64,000 nucleotides of DNA, from NCBI GenBank assembly GCA_030550585.1, contig JAUQPB010000004.1:32001-96000 (forward strand), written 5' to 3'. Every line of letters starts with the position of its first letter. Position 1 is the first letter of the stretch. The notes under the pieces were generated by a model, which saw only the letters and a program-made list of their open reading frames with translations, did not search any database and was not told the DNA's origin. Made by a program: the position numbers and the translations under genes. Origin of the DNA: Thermoproteota archaeon. GTDB taxonomy: Archaea; Thermoproteota; Thermoprotei_A; Sulfolobales; Ignisphaeraceae. Positions 44,681-53,864 of the stretch are shown piece by piece.

Positions 44681-46042
44681 ATGGACTTGATTGACATGGT
44701 TGTAAAGGGTGTTAGGAAAGCGGAGCAGCTGGGGGCATCGGAGGCTGAGGTGTACATCGTTAGAGAGTATTCAACGTCTATAACCGGGGATAGCAGGGGT
44801 GTGGAGTCTATATTAAGCGGAGAATCTATAAGCGCGTTTGTGAGGGTTGTTATTGGGAAGAGGCTGTCTGTGCAAGGAGCAATGATGTCAAAGCCAAGTG
44901 ACATTGAAACGCTTGTCGAAAACGCTGTTAAGATTGCTAGGGCATCTCCCGAGGACCCCAACTGGGTTTCGCTTCCAAAGAGAATCTCCTCATCGCAGAT
45001 AATGGACATTGTCGATGAGAGGGTCAAAAGCCCTGACATAGAGTTCTATACACAGATTGTTAAGGAGGCTCTTGGAAAGCCTAGCGAGATAAGCAGAAAT
45101 GTCTTAGTTAATCAGGCAGGGGTCTCGCTGTCGTTTAGCGAGAGGGCTATTGGGAATAGCTACAGCTCCCCCATATCCTATGAGAAAACAGATTTTGTGT
45201 TTGGCATAGAGGTTAAAGCTGTTGGAGAGGGCTCTGAGTCTAGCTTCCACAGCTACTACAACGCGCCAACCCTAAAAGAGTTTAAGATGGATAAAGTTGT
45301 TGAAGAGGCTACAAAGATCGCTTTGTCAACCCTTAAGGCGAAGCCCGTTGAAACAGGTGTCTACAAAGTTGTGTTCACCCCAAGGGTTTTCGCATCAATT
45401 CTACAAGCACTTATAGTACCTGCTGTCAGAGCTGATATGGTTCAGAAGAAGAGGTCTCCACTAGCAAACAAGCTATTCTCTGAAGTGCTATCACAACAGC
45501 TAACAGTTATAGACGATGGGGCAGCTCCAAACATGCCTGGGTCGGGGCCGTTCGACGATGAGGGTGTGGCAACGAAGAGGAAAACAGTTTTTGATAGAGG
45601 TGTTCTGAGAACATATCTATACGATACATATACAGCTAACATCGATGGCAGGGAGAGCACCGGAAATGCTAGGAGATCGGGTTCATCGAATACATTTCCA
45701 GACGCCACAAACATTATTGTGCTCCCAGGGACAGAGCCCCTGGATTCCATTATAAGAGATGTTAGAAGAGGTATAATAGTCTATGGAACCATAGGAGAGT
45801 GGCTATCGAATGCTGTTAGCGGTTTTCTCAACGCAACTGTAACACACGGTCTACTGATAGAGGGTGGCGAGATCAAACAGGCTGTTAAAGGCGTTGTCAT
45901 ATCTGGTGATATATACAAGATACTCAAAGACAATTTGATCGGCATTTCAAAAGAATTCGACGCAGTTTCAAACTATTTGGTGCCTGCCATAGCTGTTGAC
46001 GGGGTAACCGTTGCTGGTGAGGGTAGTGGACAGCGTTTTTAG
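44681..46042 (+). CDS. pmbA: PmbA/TldE family protein
   Basis: AEVY, PFDDEGV and STGNARR motifs, no HExxH, directly follows tldD. Confidence 0.9.
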   Translation: MDLIDMVVKGVRKAEQLGASEAEVYIVREYSTSITGDSRGVESILSGESISAFVRVVIGKRLSVQGAMMSKPSDIETLVENAVKIARASPEDPNWVSLPKRISSSQIMDIVDERVKSPDIEFYTQIVKEALGKPSEISRNVLVNQAGVSLSFSERAIGNSYSSPISYEKTDFVFGIEVKAVGEGSESSFHSYYNAPTLKEFKMDKVVEEATKIALSTLKAKPVETGVYKVVFTPRVFASILQALIVPAVRADMVQKKRSPLANKLFSEVLSQQLTVIDDGAAPNMPGSGPFDDEGVATKRKTVFDRGVLRTYLYDTYTANIDGRESTGNARRSGSSNTFPDATNIIVLPGTEPLDSIIRDVRRGIIVYGTIGEWLSNAVSGFLNATVTHGLLIEGGEIKQAVKGVVISGDIYKILKDNLIGISKEFDAVSNYLVPAIAVDGVTVAGEGSGQRF

Positions 46043-46769
46043 GAATGAGCTTAGAAACAGGATATGGAGAATCATGGAGGAGAGGAACATAGCTAGGTTC
46101 CCCAGACCAGTGTTCGGCAGAATACCAAATTTTGTTGGTGCGGAAGATGCTGCGCAAAGACTTGTCCAATCCGATCTATTTAAGAGGGCGATGGTAGTCA
46201 AGGTGAATCCCGATGCTCCGCAGAAACCCGTTAGAGAAGCTGTTTTGAAAAGCAACAAAGTTTTGGTCATGCCAACACCCAGAATCTCCAGGGGTTTCCT
46301 ACTTCTAGACCCCAAGAAGATAAGCCCAAACCTCTATACAGTTGCATCAACAATCCAAGGCGCTTTCAAATATGGAACATTTGTAGACCCCCAAGACCTT
46401 CCAGAGATAGATCTGATTGTTGCCGGCTCTGTTGCTGTCAGCATCTATGGCGAGAGACTTGGAAAAGGGGAGGGGTACTCAGAACTCGAATACTCAATAC
46501 TAAGAGAATTTGATAAAGCCTCTGAAGAAACCCCCATAGTAACAACTGTACACGATGTGCAGGTTGTTGAGCACCACATACCCCTAGCACCATGGGACTT
46601 CACAGTAGACTACATATTCACACCAACAAAAGCAATGAAATGCCTAGGCGAAAAGCGAAGACCACCTGGAATAATGTGGGAGCATCTACCAAAAGAAAAG
46701 ATAGAGTCTATACCAATACTCAAAAAACTAGCGCAGCAAAGAGATGCTGCGGCAAACCCGTGGGTCTAG
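46026..46769 (+). CDS. 5-formyltetrahydrofolate cyclo-ligase family protein (MTHFSD-like)
   Basis: [22 protein letters not shown]...[12 protein letters not shown] and TTVHDVQ motifs. Confidence 0.9.
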   Translation: MDSVFRNELRNRIWRIMEERNIARFPRPVFGRIPNFVGAEDAAQRLVQSDLFKRAMVVKVNPDAPQKPVREAVLKSNKVLVMPTPRISRGFLLLDPKKISPNLYTVASTIQGAFKYGTFVDPQDLPEIDLIVAGSVAVSIYGERLGKGEGYSELEYSILREFDKASEETPIVTTVHDVQVVEHHIPLAPWDFTVDYIFTPTKAMKCLGEKRRPPGIMWEHLPKEKIESIPILKKLAQQRDAAANPWV

Positions 46770-47011
46770 CCCCTATCAACCTTCTTAATCTCATAATCAT
46801 TAAAGAACTTTCCAATGAGTCCAATAATGGAGTCTAAAACCTTTACACTATCCAAAGTGTTTTCAACTATTATCAAGAGCCTGTCATGAGATGTTATAAC
46901 GGCTTTGACGCTCTTTCTAATCCACGGATCTCTATCCATAAGCTCCTTCAACTCTTTTCTAAGTAGATGGGCAACAATGCCAGGGTTTCTACGCTCAATC
47001 TCTACGAACAT
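46766..47011 (-). CDS. Small hypothetical protein
   Basis: 81-aa ORF with ATG start and genome-like composition. Confidence 0.6.
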   Translation of the reverse strand: MFVEIERRNPGIVAHLLRKELKELMDRDPWIRKSVKAVITSHDRLLIIVENTLDSVKVLDSIIGLIGKFFNDYEIKKVDRG

Positions 47012-47205
47012 CTCTATTCAGTAAAGAGCATACTTTAGAGAGGCTAATATTACACAGCTAAAATTGGTCGCAGATCTCAGTGTCTGTTAAGCAGGTAATA
47101 TAGAAGTTAATGTTCTATTTATACCAGATCCACTGATATTCTACAGGCAGATAACCAGAAAGTCTTTTATAGTTCTACAAAAGAACCTCTATTCGATGAA
47201 CATCC

Positions 47206-47388
47206 ATGGAATTGGGTATAAAAGATTTTTTATGGGATTTTGCTATTGCGATACCTCTATTCATATACGTCATGCTTATAGTGTCTATAGTGACAAAACG
47301 TTTATACGACTATATGGTTGGGAGGGGGGTTAAGAGAAACGTTGCTGTTTACTACAATAGAAAGATTATACATGTTTCAACAGGTGGG
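47206..47388 (+). pseudogene. 5' part of a dolichol kinase/phosphatidate cytidylyltransferase-like membrane protein gene, interrupted by an insertion
   Basis: VYYNRKIIHVSTGG motif ends at 47388 and continues in frame at 51185 (VIALLVPMIF). Confidence 0.85.
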
Positions 47389-47464
47389 CGTGGACAATCT
47401 GCGTGGCTATGGCTAGTGCCACAAGTGCAAATACTATCACAAACGCTATTCGCTTCAGCAACAT
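47387..47464 (-). pseudogene. Truncated secreted-protein gene (signal peptide only) at the left edge of the cargo
   Basis: Translates as MLLKRIAFVIVFALVALAIATQIVHA with a GGGTG RBS, and is cut exactly at the insertion junction. Confidence 0.6.
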
Positions 47465-47553
47465 GGGGCACCCGTTACCATTAGATGCGTAGAAGAAATT
47501 AAACACCCCGGTCACCACAACAACTAGCAGTGTATATAAACATCTTGTAGCTA

Positions 47554-48138
47554 GTGCATCTACTGGTAGAGAGCATGGGCATGCAGGCGGCAAAGGCCTT
47601 GAATGCCCTGAGGCAGATCCAGAGCAAGAAGATATTCGGGCTCGAGGTCACGGAGCTGGGCAGGCGCTTCACCTCGAGGCCCGCGCTGGAGGACGCCCAG
47701 GTCGTTGGAGACACAATTGTGCTCCCAACGATGGACAGGCTGTGGAGGGGGTTCATACCCGTCTATCCCCACCTCTTCATAGCCAACTACCCCGCAAAAG
47801 ACGTCGACTATGTGGGCGACCACGCATACGACATCCTGAAGCTGCACCCGCTCTACAAATCTGTTGAGGAGGTCGACGGAAGGGTGTGGGAGTGCACAGT
47901 CGAGCGCGTAGACGGTGTGAGGTTCAGGTCTGTGGACACCTTCGAGACAGCAATTCTCCTGAACCTCGAGGTGAACCCGGGGATAACATATGGCGGGTTG
48001 CTCAGCATACTCTATGATCTGGTTCCAGACGACATGCCCGAGAAGAAGGATGCTGGGAGGTGGAAGATACTCGAAATTGCATTGGCCCAGCTCATAGGGA
48101 TGCTGGCCTACGAGGCCAGCCTCATAGAAATCATCTGA
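47554..48138 (+). CDS. GC-rich hypothetical protein (cargo)
   Basis: 194-aa ORF whose GC content is clearly above that of the flanking genes; start uncertain. Confidence 0.7.
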   Translation: MHLLVESMGMQAAKALNALRQIQSKKIFGLEVTELGRRFTSRPALEDAQVVGDTIVLPTMDRLWRGFIPVYPHLFIANYPAKDVDYVGDHAYDILKLHPLYKSVEEVDGRVWECTVERVDGVRFRSVDTFETAILLNLEVNPGITYGGLLSILYDLVPDDMPEKKDAGRWKILEIALAQLIGMLAYEASLIEII

Positions 48139-48351
48139 TTTTCTTCTCCACATACACACTTAGCATGTAATTTCATTGGTATAGTAAACGGCTATTATTC
48201 TACATGCGCTTTAATTCTACCATCTAACCTCTACATAAGTGCTAGTTTAGGTGAGGATGATATGGCTTGCCGGGATTCTAGATTTATCTAATTTATTAAC
48301 TAGATTTATTAAGTAGAGAATAGTTACAGGTTAGTTAAGCTCTGATGGATT

Positions 48352-49206
48352 GTGGTGGTGCATGTGAGTGGGGAGAGGACAAGGTGTAGAAATACTACTC
48401 TCGTGCTTGGGGTGATCATTGCTATTCTCATAGGGGCTCTCGCCGGAACACTATACTACAGCAACATGCTCTTGAGTAGCAAGGACTCCTACATCGAGGA
48501 TCTGCAAAACCAAAACAGAGAGCTACAGAACCAAATCAGTGTTCTGAGAAATTGGCTAATTGGAAACAAAACATATTGTGAAAAAGAGATTGCGGATTTG
48601 CAAAACCAAAGCAAAGAGTTGAATGAGCAGATCAATATCTTGGCTAGCTGGCTAGCTGGGAATAGAAGTAGCTACGAAGAGAAAATTAAGAGTTTGCAAA
48701 AGCAGATCACAGACCTGCAAAACCAGGTCACATCCCTAGAGACACTAAATATGCAACTCCAAACTTGGTTAGAAGGAAACAAAACACTGCTTAGAGGACT
48801 TAGCGAGAATATGACAGCTTGTGTGAGAACGGTTAAGGAGTTGCAAAGCCAAATAGACAAACTTCAGAAACAGGTAAGCATGTTGACGTCGATTGTAAAC
48901 CAAGAAGAGACGGCCACACTTGAGAAGGATAAAACAATAAATCTGCGTCCAAGATCCTATCTAGGGTTCTCATATTACACACCTTATGCTGGCTACATCA
49001 CAATTACCTTTACAGCTACGGGGGCTGTGAAGCTTTGGGTTGGAAGCAGTTCAACAACACCCACATACTACTTTAGCTATTCCCCCAGTGAAACCTATGC
49101 AACAATCACAATACCTGTTACAAGAGGCACAACATACATCGTCTTTGAAAACCCAAGTTACTTCTCTGGAGTAACCATTACATATACCATTACATACACA
49201 TACTAA
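48352..49206 (+). CDS. Membrane-anchored coiled-coil protein with beta-rich C-terminal domain (cargo)
   Basis: N-terminal TM, three imperfect LQNQ...WLxGN repeats, C-terminal YAGYITITF...ITYTY domain. Confidence 0.8.
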   Translation: MVVHVSGERTRCRNTTLVLGVIIAILIGALAGTLYYSNMLLSSKDSYIEDLQNQNRELQNQISVLRNWLIGNKTYCEKEIADLQNQSKELNEQINILASWLAGNRSSYEEKIKSLQKQITDLQNQVTSLETLNMQLQTWLEGNKTLLRGLSENMTACVRTVKELQSQIDKLQKQVSMLTSIVNQEETATLEKDKTINLRPRSYLGFSYYTPYAGYITITFTATGAVKLWVGSSSTTPTYYFSYSPSETYATITIPVTRGTTYIVFENPSYFSGVTITYTITYTY

Positions 49207-49539
49207 ACCCCAAGCCAGTAGACAGCCCTCGACACAAAGCAAAATTGGAATCGACTTAACCACAGGTTTAGGCAGTGCAGAGAACCGTGACTCACAGAGC
49301 TAGCAAAATGGTTGTGGGAATTGAAGACATAGTATTTGTCTACTTAACTACTCCAGACATTGAAAAAGCCTGAGATAATATCATGGGGGTGCTGTGCACC
49401 CATCGAAGAAAGCAGCCAAGACAAATCCCCACTACAATTTTTTCTTACAACCCTGTATTTGCAGTTGCCTAAACAATTTTCTGGGGGCAGAAAAGTTTAT
49501 TAGGGTTGCTTAGGGAATTTTATAGTCGGTTGGGGACAT

Positions 49540-49884
49540 GTGTCAGAGAAGTTGTTGAAGCCTAGAGAGTTCTGCAATATTGTTGGTATTAGCTATAGGA
49601 CTTTCAAGCGCTGGGTAGCAGAAGGTAGGATACGCGTTGTGAGGACGCCTACTGGTAGAATAAGAGTGCCGTATTCTGAAGTCGAGCAAATTCTTGGAGG
49701 AAGACCAGGGCTGGAAGTTAAAGTAGAGCAAAATGTGACTTCGAGAAGGCAGTTATTGGTTGAAGTCTTCCTAATAGTAGCCGAGCTCTTTGCAGAAAAG
49801 TTCTATGGTTTAGAAAGCCGTAAGAAAGAGAAGTTTCTCGAAGGACTCAGAAAACTACTAGAGGAGGTTGAGAAGGGTGGCTAG
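49540..49884 (+). CDS. tnpA: IS607 TnpA derivative: MerR-like DNA-binding domain plus C-terminal helix, catalytic serine-recombinase domain absent
   Basis: LLKPREFCNIVGISYRTFKRW...TPTGRIRVP joins almost directly to LLVEVFLIVAELFAEKFYGLESRK. No YARVS motif; 114 aa. Confidence 0.85.
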   Translation: MSEKLLKPREFCNIVGISYRTFKRWVAEGRIRVVRTPTGRIRVPYSEVEQILGGRPGLEVKVEQNVTSRRQLLVEVFLIVAELFAEKFYGLESRKKEKFLEGLRKLLEEVEKGG

Positions 49885-51175
49885 GGTAGCGAGGACTGTT
49901 GTTGTTAGAAGCACACCTTTGCCGAAGAAGGTATTCAGGGTTTTCACAGAGCTTGAGGGAATGTACCGCAACATAGTTGAGCAGCTAGCCATGTATGCTG
50001 TGAGAAGCAATCTGAAGAGCTTCACAAAGCTGAAGGCTTTGAAGTACCGCGAAATGCGAAACCTATATCCACAGCTACCATCACACTACGCCTACACAGC
50101 ATGCCAGGATGCCTCTATGAGGGTTAAGAGCTTCCTGAAGCTGAAGAAGCTTGGCTTAGCTGAGAAGGAGTATCCAGAAGTCAAGAACATCTCTATTTGG
50201 CTTGACGACCACTTGTGGAAGCCCAATGGCCTAACCTCTATCAAGATAGCTACTCACAAGGGTTGGGTAGAAATCGAGTTAGAACCTCACAAGCAGTACT
50301 GGAAGTATATCAACAGAGGCTGGAAGCTTTCTTCAGAAGCCAAGGTAAAGCTCGATAAGAAGAGCAGGCAACTACTAGTCTACTTAACCTTCGTCAAGGA
50401 TGTCGAAGAGTATGAGCCTAGAGGGTTTCTGCCCGTTGATGTTAACGAGAACAATGTTACGGTTCTAGTTGATGGTGTAGCCTACTTGTTCGAGACGAAT
50501 TTAGAGAAGGTTGTTCTGGGATACTACTATCGTAGGAAGAGGGTTCAGGAGAAGTATGATAAGCTCTATGGTGTTGACTCAAGGATTAAGAGAAAGGCTA
50601 TGAGGAAGCTCAAGGAGCGTGAGAAGAAGAGCGATTTAAGGTGGAAGGTTGCTAACATAGTTGTCAAAGTTGCATGCAAGAAGCAGTATGCTATTGTCCT
50701 TGAGAAGCTCGGTAAGAAGCCTGCTAGCAGTATGATTAAGAGAATCAAGGATAAACAGCTTCGCCATAGAATATTCCAGGCATCTTTCAGAGGTGTTCAG
50801 AGAGCTATTGAGGAGAAGGCTAGGGAGCGTGGTGTTCCAGTAATCTACGTGAACCCGAGAAATACTTCTAAGCTATGTCCAGTTCACAACACCGAGATAA
50901 TCTATAGCAATAGCTCCAGGATTGGGAGGTGTAGTAAAAGCGGAGAGTCCTGGCACCGTGACGTAGTAGCTGTGTGGAACCTTCTTCTAAGAGCCCGCCT
51001 AGGCGATGGGGGCAGTGCTCCAAGCCTAGGTGGGTCTATCCTAGATGTGACCCGCGTGCCGTTCGGGTCGAACGCCACCCATGAACCCGCAGGAATACCA
51101 AAATCCCTGTGGGCGAGGTGGAAGTCCCTAGAGGCAACCTCAAGTGTCCCTAAACTATGTAAAACAACCCTCTAG
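49868..51175 (+). CDS. tnpB: TnpB RNA-guided endonuclease
   Basis: RuvC-I PVDVNE, RuvC-II IVLEKL, NPRNTSKLCPVH zinc-ribbon region, RuvC-III HRDVVAVWNL. Confidence 0.93.
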   Translation: MRRVARVARTVVVRSTPLPKKVFRVFTELEGMYRNIVEQLAMYAVRSNLKSFTKLKALKYREMRNLYPQLPSHYAYTACQDASMRVKSFLKLKKLGLAEKEYPEVKNISIWLDDHLWKPNGLTSIKIATHKGWVEIELEPHKQYWKYINRGWKLSSEAKVKLDKKSRQLLVYLTFVKDVEEYEPRGFLPVDVNENNVTVLVDGVAYLFETNLEKVVLGYYYRRKRVQEKYDKLYGVDSRIKRKAMRKLKEREKKSDLRWKVANIVVKVACKKQYAIVLEKLGKKPASSMIKRIKDKQLRHRIFQASFRGVQRAIEEKARERGVPVIYVNPRNTSKLCPVHNTEIIYSNSSRIGRCSKSGESWHRDVVAVWNLLLRARLGDGGSAPSLGGSILDVTRVPFGSNATHEPAGIPKSLWARWKSLEATSSVPKLCKTTL

Positions 51176-51205
51176 GGACAAACGGTTATAGCGCTTCTAG
51201 TTCCA
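50990..51205 (+). ncRNA. Putative TnpB omegaRNA (scaffold overlapping the tnpB 3' end and right end; guide from the flank)
   Basis: Stems 50993-51004/51024-51035, GACCCG/CGGGTC and CCACC/GGTGG, plus a perfect 11-bp inverted repeat GTCCCTAGAGG 51124-34 / CCTCTAGGGAC 51169-79. Confidence 0.7.
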
Positions 51206-51676
51206 ATGATATTCAGAGAGCCTTTCACACCATTTGTCTTCGCTCTCATACTAGCGGTAATAACTCTGTATCCGCATTTGAAGGGAAGTGAATTAAGCTG
51301 GTTTCAAACAAAGGACAATGCATATGAGGTGAATTTCTGTATTGCTTGGGGATCCTCTATCCTTGTCCTGTGGCTCTACCTCAACAATGCGTGGATATCT
51401 ATTTTGCCGGCTCTCTTCATATCGATAGGCGATGCTGTTACAGGTGTTGTGAGAAACGCTATATTTGGTAAAAGGACCAAGCACTGGGTTGGAAACCTAG
51501 CAATGGCTGTAACCACGATACCGATAGGCTATAGCCTAGCGGGAATCCCAGGCGCAATAGCAGGTGCCCTTGCAACAATAGCAGAGAGGTTTGAGTTTGG
51601 CTACATAGACGACAACATACTGATAACAATAGTCTCTATAGCAACTCTAATAGCTTTAAAAAGCTGGCTACCCTAA
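51185..51676 (+). pseudogene. 3' part of the interrupted dolichol kinase/cytidylyltransferase-like membrane gene
   Basis: Motifs WFQTKDNAYEVNFCIAWG, GDAVTGVVRN, TKHWVGN and IDDNILI. Confidence 0.85.
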
Positions 51677-51961
51677 ACAGTTAGAGATGACTGCGATCTC
51701 CGATTCTGAATTGTGATGAGGCCCCGCAGTGAGGAGAATATCCACATGTTTACTAGGTAGCTATAAACACCTTGGACATTAGCCAGCATTTACAGTGATG
51801 ATAAATAGTGTTGCTGACAATATCTCCGAGTACCAAGAAGAGGATAGTGGTAGTAGTCTGGGAGGCTTGCAGAGTCAAACCTGGTGAGAGCTGGTAATGG
51901 TGTACTCATCCTTCAGGACGAGGAGGCTAGAGAATAGACTAGAGAATAGAACTGTTCATTG

Positions 51962-52324
51962 CTACGGTTTTAGATATTTTTCTATTAGTTTCAAAAACTC
52001 ATCATCTCTACCTGTTTTTACTAGATACAACATTTCATCAACATCAACACTCTTTATGTGTCTGGCTATGGGATTGAGAAACAGCGTCTTGAACATTGTG
52101 TCTGCTGTAAATGTGTTTTTGTAAAATGATAAAACTATTTGGTAGAGTCTGCTGGGAGATGTGAAGAGAAGCGACATGGCATCTAATCCTGTAGCTGATT
52201 TGCAAAGCACATTTAGGATGTGCATAGCCCCGGGAACAGCCTTAGAAGCATAGCTGTATACATGGTCTCTGAGGCTCTGAACCTCACGGCTTTGAAACAA
52301 CCCCCAGTTATCCCTCCCATCCAT
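51962..52324 (-). CDS. Hypothetical protein
   Basis: ~120-aa ORF from ATG 52324. Confidence 0.6.
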   Translation of the reverse strand: MDGRDNWGLFQSREVQSLRDHVYSYASKAVPGAMHILNVLCKSATGLDAMSLLFTSPSRLYQIVLSFYKNTFTADTMFKTLFLNPIARHIKSVDVDEMLYLVKTGRDDEFLKLIEKYLKP

Positions 52325-52524
52325 TAACGAGGGCACACAGCTCCCCAAACAAATTAATAGGATTGCAAAATATTTAAGCTTTTGAGATCCAAAGCCTTTT
52401 CTTTTCCCAAAACTACTCTTACACCATGGATTTGAAGAACACTTTTCGTAGCGGATTAGATGTTGCTTTACCACGGATTAGACTTATATTCTGTAGCTTT
52501 GCAAGAAATTTGATGTGATGTGTT

Positions 52525-53838
52525 TTGGAGTCTAGCTGGTTTTTGAAGTCTCTTGAGCTTCACCAGCTGTATAGGGGAAAGATCGAGATTGTTCCAAAGG
52601 TTCCCATAACAGGTTTAGACGATTTCTCTATTTGGTATACACCTGGTGTTGCCGAGCCTAGCAAGAGGATTTATCAAGAAGGTGATGACCTCTCGTTTGA
52701 GTATACCTGGAGGTGGAACACCGCTGTTGTTGTAAGCGATGGTACAAGGGTTCTTGGCTTGGGTGGCATTGGCCCTGCAGCTGCTTTGCCTGTTATGGAG
52801 GGCAAGGCCCTTTTGTTTAAGTATCTCGGTGGTGTTGATGCCATCCCACTTGTTGTTGGTGAGAGGGATCCAGATAAATTCATCTATATTGTCAAGGCTC
52901 TTGAGCCGAGTTTTGGAGCTGTTAATCTAGAGGATATAGAGTCGCCGAAGTGCTTCTACATCCTCGAGAGGCTTCAGGAGATTCTAGACATACCTGTTTG
53001 GCACGACGATCAGCAGGGAACGGCCCTAGTAACCATAGCGGGTCTGCTAAACGCTTTGAAGATTGTCGGTAAAAAGATTGGAGATGCTAGAATCGTTTTG
53101 TTTGGCGCTGGAGCTGCAAATATATGCACATACAAGTATCTCAAGGCTGTTGGCGCGAAACCTGGTAACATAGTTGTTGTCGATAGCAAGGGGCCTTTGC
53201 ATAGGGGTAGAGCTGATTTGGAGGAGATGAAGAGGGGCAACCCATGGAAGTATAGAATTGCTGTTGAGAGCAACGCTGAAGAGGTTAGAGATGTTGCAAA
53301 GGCTTTTGAGGGAGCAGATGTCGTTATAGCAGCTTCATCTCCCGGCCCAGGCGTTATTAAGAAGGATTGGATAAGGTCTATGAACAAAGACGCCATTGTT
53401 TTTGCAGAGGCAAACCCAGTTCCAGAGATATGGCCTTGGGAGGCCAAGGAGGCTGGCGCAAGAATAGTTGCTACAGGTAGAAGTGATTTTCCGAACCAGA
53501 TAAACAACAGCCTTGGGTTCCCAGCCGTCTTCAGGGGTGTTCTAACTGTTAGAGCTAGGAAGATGACAGATGAAATGTTTTTGGCAGCTGCACACGCAAT
53601 AGCTAGGTACACAGAGGAGACTGGTCTGCACGAGGATAGGATAGTGCCGGCAATGCAGGAGACAGAGATGTATGTGAGAGAGGCTATAGCAGTGGCGGAG
53701 AAGGCTATGGAGCTAGGATATGCAAGAAGAAAGATGTCCAGAAGCGAATTGGAGAAGGAGATTAGAGAGGCTATCGAAAGACCGAGAAGGTTTATGGAGA
53801 TGGCACTGAGGGAGAATCTGGTTAAGAGATGGAGATAG
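52525..53838 (+). CDS. NAD(P)-dependent malic enzyme
   Basis: [35 protein letters not shown] and [12 protein letters not shown] motifs. Confidence 0.95.
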   Translation: MESSWFLKSLELHQLYRGKIEIVPKVPITGLDDFSIWYTPGVAEPSKRIYQEGDDLSFEYTWRWNTAVVVSDGTRVLGLGGIGPAAALPVMEGKALLFKYLGGVDAIPLVVGERDPDKFIYIVKALEPSFGAVNLEDIESPKCFYILERLQEILDIPVWHDDQQGTALVTIAGLLNALKIVGKKIGDARIVLFGAGAANICTYKYLKAVGAKPGNIVVVDSKGPLHRGRADLEEMKRGNPWKYRIAVESNAEEVRDVAKAFEGADVVIAASSPGPGVIKKDWIRSMNKDAIVFAEANPVPEIWPWEAKEAGARIVATGRSDFPNQINNSLGFPAVFRGVLTVRARKMTDEMFLAAAHAIARYTEETGLHEDRIVPAMQETEMYVREAIAVAEKAMELGYARRKMSRSELEKEIREAIERPRRFMEMALRENLVKRWR

Positions 53839-53864
53839 GTCGCAAGGGTTTACCTGAGAGCATT

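Larger units (their letters stand above)
47389..51184 (+). mobile_element. ~3.8 kb insertion: IS607-family element plus ~2.1 kb of captured upstream cargo
   Basis: Removing it restores an in-frame host gene. GG dinucleotides at both junctions (GGTGGG|CGT and AAACG|GTT). No long target-site duplication. Confidence 0.8.
49488..51184 (+). mobile_element. IS607-family insertion sequence core (non-autonomous); left end approximate
   Basis: tnpA-tnpB pair. The putative left end follows TGGGGG (49482-87) and carries TAGGG/TGGGG motifs mirrored by CCCTA motifs near the right end, which terminates at ...ACAAACG(G). Confidence 0.8.

Noticed and set aside
47206-47484. 92-aa ORF as a complete gene
   Set aside because: Its last ~31 residues are read-through into the inserted cargo; the real gene continues at 51185.
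47560-48159. 199-aa antisense ORF over the GC-rich cargo gene
   Set aside because: Expected shadow ORF in stop-poor GC-rich DNA; the plus-strand frame looks more protein-like.
48490-48790. Three imperfect ~105-nt repeats
   Set aside because: Coiled-coil coding repeats inside the cargo ORF, with no repeat-spacer structure.
49207-49487. Possible group I intron core (IStron) upstream of tnpA: CCAAGCC, GTGCAGAGAAC and AAGACATAGT resemble the Q/R/S elements
   Set aside because: The would-be P7 strands (GAGAAC and AGTATT) do not pair and I found no convincing P3/P4. A cmsearch with Rfam RF00028 would settle it.
51683-51820. Possible C/D box sRNAs (GAGATGA...CTGA...GTGATGA...GTGA and GTGATGA-12nt-CTGA)
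   Set aside because: The boxes are degenerate or form only half an sRNA, and I recognised no rRNA or tRNA target.
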